NCBI GenBank assembly: GCA_965208125.1
Contig: OZ242320.1
Coordinates: forward strand, 4,768,001-4,832,000
Length of the DNA: 64,000 nt
DNA from: Candidatus Latescibacterota bacterium
GTDB lineage: Bacteria; Latescibacterota; UBA2968
Reading direction: 5' to 3'
This document shows positions 58,649 through 64,000 of the stretch, one piece after another; positions within the stretch are counted from its first letter, which is position 1; each line of letters starts with the position of its first letter. The notes beneath the pieces are model-generated. The model was not told the origin of the DNA and did no database searches. It worked only from the letters and a program-made list of their open reading frames with translations. A program made the translations under genes and the position numbers.

Positions 58649-58795
58649 ATGACACGCAAGAATTTCCTTTTGATGCTCGCCTTGACGTTGCTTGTGTGTG
58701 CAAGTCAGGTGTCTGCACAGGGTCCAAGTGTGTCGCTCAGGCATGTTCCCGATGCAGGTGGCACCGAAGGCATCGTTATTTTCACCAATATATAG
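58649..58795 (+). pseudogene. Orphan copy of the 47939 leader (48 aa)
   Basis: MTRKNFLLMLALTLLVCASQVSAQGPSVSLRHVPDAGGTEGI, then divergence and stop. Confidence 0.8.
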
Positions 58796-58806
58796 GGATA
58801 AATACC

Positions 58807-61800
58807 ATGCGCAAATATCTATTGTCCATCCCGATGATTCTGCTTTTGCTCGTCGGGGCTGCCTTTGCACAAACGGTTAATTTTTCTCTAACGGGCCTCG
58901 ACGGCAAGACATATAGTGCCTCTGACTATCGCGGCAAAGTGCTCATACTTGCTATCATCGGATATAGCTGACCATCCTGTAGAGCCGCGGGTCCGCGACT
59001 CGAAAGTTTATGGCAAGATTATAAATCAAACCCCGATGTTGCCATGCTCGGTCTTGATGCCTGGAATGGCAGTCCGTCACAGGTTGAGGCTTTTCGCACC
59101 GCTTCGAGTGTCACTTTTCCCATGCTTCTAAATGCTGGTAGTTCTGCCCCGGCCTCGTATGAGAATCTCGTTGTTGTTGGTCCCGATGGAACTGTGGCAT
59201 TGCCTGCCACGGGTAATCTGAGTTCAAGTTCTGTTACTAGCGTGAAAGCCAAGGTTAATGAACTGTTGACGCAACTACCGCTTCCTCTCGATCCCCAGCT
59301 TCATCTGGATACACAGATTGAAAGTCCTGCACAGAACAACAGTGTGCTGATCTTCACGGACAAGAGACCGGGTGATACCCTCCAAATTCAGCTTTTTGTG
59401 CCAAATGCAGCAGGGCAAAACATCCAGGCTTTCACACTCGAACTGGCCTTACAGGGCAAGACATTTACCGATTTTATCAGCAGCATATCCGGCAGTGATT
59501 GGACAGGTGGCGACCTATTCCCTGGAACATCTGCATCTAACCTCCCAACGCTGAGTGGGTTGTTTCTCAATGCTGCACCTGTGCCTATGACGGGGTATCT
59601 GGGTCAAATAGACCTTGAGGTGATCGGTGTGCTGAGCGACGAAGACAAGTTGCGCGTCACCAGTGCTTTCCTCGCTGTTGCGGGTGGGACACTACAATCT
59701 ATGGATGTGTCCGATGCGGAGGTTTCCTTTGCGCCAATCTGTCCTGGAGATTTTGACGACAATGGGATCGTCAACATGGCAGATTTTATGCTCTTTGAGG
59801 GGGTGTTTGGCACGCGGTCTTCGGATGCTGCTTACAATGCACTGATGGACATGGACAGCAGTGGGGGTATAGATGTGGCAGATTTTATGCTCTTTGTCGA
59901 TGTATTCGACACTACCTGTAAGCAACAACCTCCGGGTGATGGCGGTGGTGGACAAACGGGAGTTTCTATTCCGGATGCGAACCTTCGTGCTGTGATTGAG
60001 GACAGTCTGAGTAAGGCGAGCGGTGCGCCGATCACGCAGGCAGAGATGGCGACTCTGACCCACCTTGATGCTCGAAATAAGATGATTAGCAATTTGACGG
60101 GACTCGAGTTCGCAACCAATTTGGAAACTTTGTACCTTTCCGGCAACAATATCAAGGAATTGTCCTCGGACGTGTTTTCTCGCCTTGGGAAACTGCAAAC
60201 ACTGGATTTAAGTAGCAACCGGGAACTGATGGTGTTGCCACCCAATGTATTCGCTGGTCTCCACAAGCTTAGCTCTCTATCTTTCAGTTATACGCAGATA
60301 GAAGCGTTGCCCGCCAACGTGTTTGCCGGGCTCAACAACCTCGAACACTTATCCTGTTATTCGAATACATCACTCACGTCGTTGCCTCCGGGTATATTCA
60401 ACGGTCTCGCAAATCTCAGACAGCTGGTCCTGGAGACGAATGGATTGACATCATTGCCTTCCGGCGCATTCGATGATCTCACCAATCTGCAATCTTTGTG
60501 GTTGAGAGGGAACAGACTGACGTCGTTGCCTATGGGTGTATTCGACGGGCTCATAAACCTCGAAGATTTGAGATTGAAGAGCAATCTGCTGACTGAGCTG
60601 CCTGGACACGTGTTTTCAGATCTCAACAACCTCAAAGAGCTGAGTCTGGGAAATAATCAATTGAGCGAATTGCCCGACAACTTGTTTGTCGGCCTCAGTA
60701 GTGTTAAAAACCTCTCTTTGGACGGGAATCCGGGTGCTCCGTTTCCGCTCACCGTGGAACTCAAACGTACGGATACGACGAACGAGTTGGCGCCCGGTCC
60801 CGCCGACTTCGCGGTCAGACTAGCGCCTGGAACCCCCTTCGACGTCGATATATTGTTGTTCGTGCACAACGGCACGGCATCCGCTGCTTCGCTGACGATC
60901 GACGCAGGCGACGCCACCAGCAGTGCCTCCGCAAGTGTCACGGCCTCTGCGGGCGCGTCAGGCGCGACCGTGATCAACCTGGGGCCGGTGCCCCGGGTGC
61001 CGGGTGGATTCAGCGGCCTCGAAGTGCGTGCGGGCGCTCCGCTTGTACTGTTCTCGAAATCCGACAACCGGCAACCCGTTGCAGCAGGAAACATACCGTC
61101 CCATGTCCTTCAGGTTGGCAGCCACCAGGCCATATTGGATCTGGGAGATTACTTCTCGGATGAGGACGGCGATCAACTGTCGTTTTCAGTCGTGTCAAAC
61201 GACATTAGTGTTGTCGAGCACGGGGTGGATGACGGATCGATGACGTTGATTCCAATCAACGTGGGCGATGTCTCGGTTGGCGTCACCGCGACGGATTCTG
61301 AAGGATTCAGTGTTTCGCAGAGCATGTTCGTTACAGTGCTGCCCGCGCCGGACCCCGGTTCGTTCGACATTGACCTTGTCTTTGTTACTCCGGTCTCGGA
61401 AGAGACGCGCCTGGCCGCGCAACGGCAGGTCGAACGATGGACCGAAGTCATTAAGGGCGACTTGCCGGAGGTATCCATATCAGGCGACTTCGTCGACTGC
61501 GGGACGTGGATGAGGGGCGCCGATCATCGTTTCTTTGGGAAGGTGGACGACCTTGTGGTCTTCGTGCAAATCGCTACCATTAGTGGAGGTCAAGGACTCG
61601 GAGGTCCGTGCGGATTGCGCGATGGATCCTTCCTACCATACACGGGAGGTCTCGTATTGGACGTGGAGTCGGCGGGCACGCCTGACGGCGGAGCGCAAAC
61701 AATTCTTCATGAGATAGGGCATGTGATAGGAATCGGGACTATATGGGACAAGCTCGGATTTCTGCAAGGAAGTGGCGGGGACGACCCCCATTTCAGCGGC

Positions 61801-62163
61801 CCGCTGGCCATAGCGGCGTTTGACGCAGCGGGAGGCGAGAACTACAGAGGAAGTAAGGTGCCCATTTCAAGCGACCTGGGACATTGGGCTGGGGATGCCT
61901 TTGGTTGGGGGTACCCGCGAGAACTCATGATGGTAAGTGGCGGTACTGTTCTCAGTGCCATTACGATCCAGTCCCTGGCCGATCTTGGCTACGTCGTCGA
62001 CGTCACGAAAGCGGATCCGTTCCGGCTACCAGATGCCGGGGAGACGACCGCAAGCAAGACCGTCATCCTTCGTGACGATATCCCGAGAGGGCCAATGTCC
62101 ATCGTCAATGAAAACGGGCGCGTTCTGCGTGTCGTGGACGACGGAAACAGTTCAGATTATTGA
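58807..62163 (+). CDS. Probable secreted selenoprotein: redoxin (UxxC), cohesin-like, EF-hand, LRR, Ig-like, leishmanolysin/M8-like metalloprotease
   Basis: The ORFs ending at 58971 and starting at 59044 are in one frame with a single TGA: SDYRGKVLILAIIGYS-U-PSCRAAGPRLESLWQDY; LHEIGHVIGIG, HW and ELM motifs. Confidence 0.85.
58982..59001 (+). promoter_or_regulatory. Candidate bacterial SECIS hairpin
   Basis: GAG-c-CGCG-GGTC-CGCG-a-CTC; the GGUC loop starts 18 nt after the TGA. Confidence 0.7.
59278..60052 (+). repeat. ~775-bp module shared with 48413-49188
   Basis: Near-identical DNA encoding PLPLDPQL...QAEMA in two otherwise different genes. Confidence 0.92.
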
Positions 62164-62473
62164 ACGGCGACTTACGCTGCCTTGATCTTGGCTGGGACCG
62201 GCCTGATGTATATGATTCCGGATTGTGACGCTATTATACAACGAAGGAAGTACCAGTGTTTATGAGACGCGAATTCCGGTTTATCGTCATCGTAGAGAAC
62301 TGGCAGGAATTTATATTTCAGGAGGTGAGCTATGTGCCTATGAGGTTGAAAGACCAGCATCTTGCTTCATTGCGCTATCTGTATTATCTTGAGATTGCTG
62401 AGGCTGGATTTTGATTGCAAAATGCTACGACGGCTGTGGAAGCCTACGGTCAAGACCAGAATATGGACTGTTT

Positions 62474-63970
62474 ATGCCAATTGGATGTGTATATCTCATA
62501 GGTGCCGGGCCGGGCGATCCGGAATTGATAACTGTGAAGGGGCTGCGCCTGATTCGGGAAGCCGATGTGATCTTGTATGACGGGTTGGCGAATCCCGAAT
62601 TTTTGAAGGAAGCGCGGCGGGAATGCGAGTGTATCAATGTGGAAAAGCGCCCGGGTTTTCAGCGCGTGCAGCAAGATGAGATCAATCAGATGATGGTCGA
62701 TTTCGCCCAAAAAGGGTTGATGGTGGTGCGATTAAAGGGAGGCGATCCCATTGTTTTTGGGCGTGGTGGAGAGGAAGCTGAAGTTCTGAGAGACCACGAG
62801 ATTCCGTTTGAGATTGTGCCGGGTATTACCAGTGCAATAGCGGCACCCGCTTATGCCGGTATTCCCGTGACCCATCGCGGTATATCCCCACATGTGACGA
62901 TTGTAACGGGAACAACGGCTTCGCTTGAAGGCGATGGGGAAGTTGATTGGGAAGGATTGGCAAAAGTGGGCGGTACGCTCCTGATTTTGATGGGTACGCA
63001 AAAACGCAGTGAAATTGCTCGCCGTCTCATCGCGGGAGGGCGCCCATCAGAAACCCCCGTTGCTGCCGTACAGTGGGGGTCGTTGCCATTGCAACGGACT
63101 GTGAGGACGACGTTGGGGGAGATGGGCGCGGTCGAAATGACCAATCCCGCGGTCATTGTCGTTGGAAAGGTCGCGGCAATGGATCTGGATTGGTTTGCGT
63201 CTAAGCCCCTGTTCGGCAAAACGATTGCTGTGACGCGGGCGCGCACGCAGGCGAGTGAATTGGTACACATGTTGCGGACGTTGGGCGCACAAGTGCTGGA
63301 AGTTCCGACGATTGCATTTGCGGAACCTCAAAATTGGTGCGATGTGGATTGTGCTCTTGCAGATATTCATTCTTATGATTGGCTTGTTCTGACAAGTGCA
63401 AACGGAACCGATCGCTTTTTTGAGCGTCTGTTTAAACAAGACCGCGATGTACGCGCATTAGGTAAAATAAAAATAGCGACTATTGGCGCGGCAACGTCAG
63501 CCCGGGTGCGCGAGTGGCATCTCAATGTAGATCTCGAAGCGGTGAATCGCACGTCAGAAGGCTTGCTCGCGGCTTTTGACGCGGATCTTTCCGGACAGCA
63601 TTTTCTGCTGCCTTGTCCTGAAAAATCTCGGGATGTGCTTGCCAATGGAATCCGAGAGCGCGGTGGTTTGGCTCGTGAAATAGTTGTTTACAAAACGGTT
63701 ACGTCCGAGCGTTTGCCCGAAGAATTTTTGCATCTTTTTAAAAAAGATGCCATTGATCTGATCGCGTTTACGAGTTCTTCTACGGTTTTAAATCTGGTGA
63801 GTTTATTAAAAAAGACGCGGCAAAATTGGGAATACTTGCCAGCGGCGTGTATCGGTCCCATCACAGCCCAAACCGCAGTTGCACAGGGATTTGATGTGGT
63901 CGTGGAACTTGAAGAGACATCGGTATCTATTTCTGGTCTTGTAAAGGCGATTGCAGCGTATTTTAGCTAA
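62474..63970 (+). CDS. cobA: Uroporphyrinogen-III C-methyltransferase/synthase fusion (CobA-HemD)
   Basis: VYLIGAGPGDPELIT, VVRLKGGDP, VPGITSA; then PLFGKTIAVTR, LTSANG, FTSSSTV, ACIGPITA. Confidence 0.95.
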   Translation: MPIGCVYLIGAGPGDPELITVKGLRLIREADVILYDGLANPEFLKEARRECECINVEKRPGFQRVQQDEINQMMVDFAQKGLMVVRLKGGDPIVFGRGGEEAEVLRDHEIPFEIVPGITSAIAAPAYAGIPVTHRGISPHVTIVTGTTASLEGDGEVDWEGLAKVGGTLLILMGTQKRSEIARRLIAGGRPSETPVAAVQWGSLPLQRTVRTTLGEMGAVEMTNPAVIVVGKVAAMDLDWFASKPLFGKTIAVTRARTQASELVHMLRTLGAQVLEVPTIAFAEPQNWCDVDCALADIHSYDWLVLTSANGTDRFFERLFKQDRDVRALGKIKIATIGAATSARVREWHLNVDLEAVNRTSEGLLAAFDADLSGQHFLLPCPEKSRDVLANGIRERGGLAREIVVYKTVTSERLPEEFLHLFKKDAIDLIAFTSSSTVLNLVSLLKKTRQNWEYLPAACIGPITAQTAVAQGFDVVVELEETSVSISGLVKAIAAYFS

Positions 63971-64000
63971 ATAAAAGTGTATATTGGGCGAAAATGCGGT

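Noticed and set aside
57959-58870. Intact 303-aa minus-strand gene
   Set aside because: Chance read-through of an AAA fragment flanked by antisense of the neighbouring leader and gene end.
3875-62473. Prophage or ICE
   Set aside because: No phage structural, conjugation, relaxase or integrase genes, and no att repeats found.

Overview
The window starts in a tetrapyrrole operon (ccsA/hemX-like, sirC, hemA, hemC) and ends with the cobA-hemD fusion. Between them lie a heparinase II/III-like gene and a ~56 kb island of large secreted proteins, all on the + strand, built from a small kit of reused modules. The kit comprises four leader types, dockerin/EF-hand pairs, cohesin-like domains, a FlgD/T9SS-tail-like domain, Cys-containing Ig-like repeats, CARDB, PPC, a 42-aa propeller repeat, YWTD and FG-GAP propellers, LRRs, and effector ends (S8, vWA, M66-like, M8-like). 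Repeat scaffolds are almost identical at the DNA level while specific surface codons are hypervariable, and propeller repeat counts are 5 or 10, 6, and 7. Intergenic DNA consists of a six-copy structured ~250-bp element and fragments of neighbouring genes, often fused at short microhomologies. The island also holds a probable secreted selenoprotein (in-frame TGA in a UxxC redoxin motif plus a SECIS-like hairpin) and a propeller-sensor sigma-54 activator followed by a consensus -24/-12 promoter. Remnants include one intact and three deleted AAA-PD(D/E)XK genes, a broken TA pair and an IS3-family element. No recombinase, integrase or reverse transcriptase is visible. The content suggests a host-associated, possibly sponge-symbiotic Latescibacterota/Gemmatimonadota-like bacterium; this is inference only.
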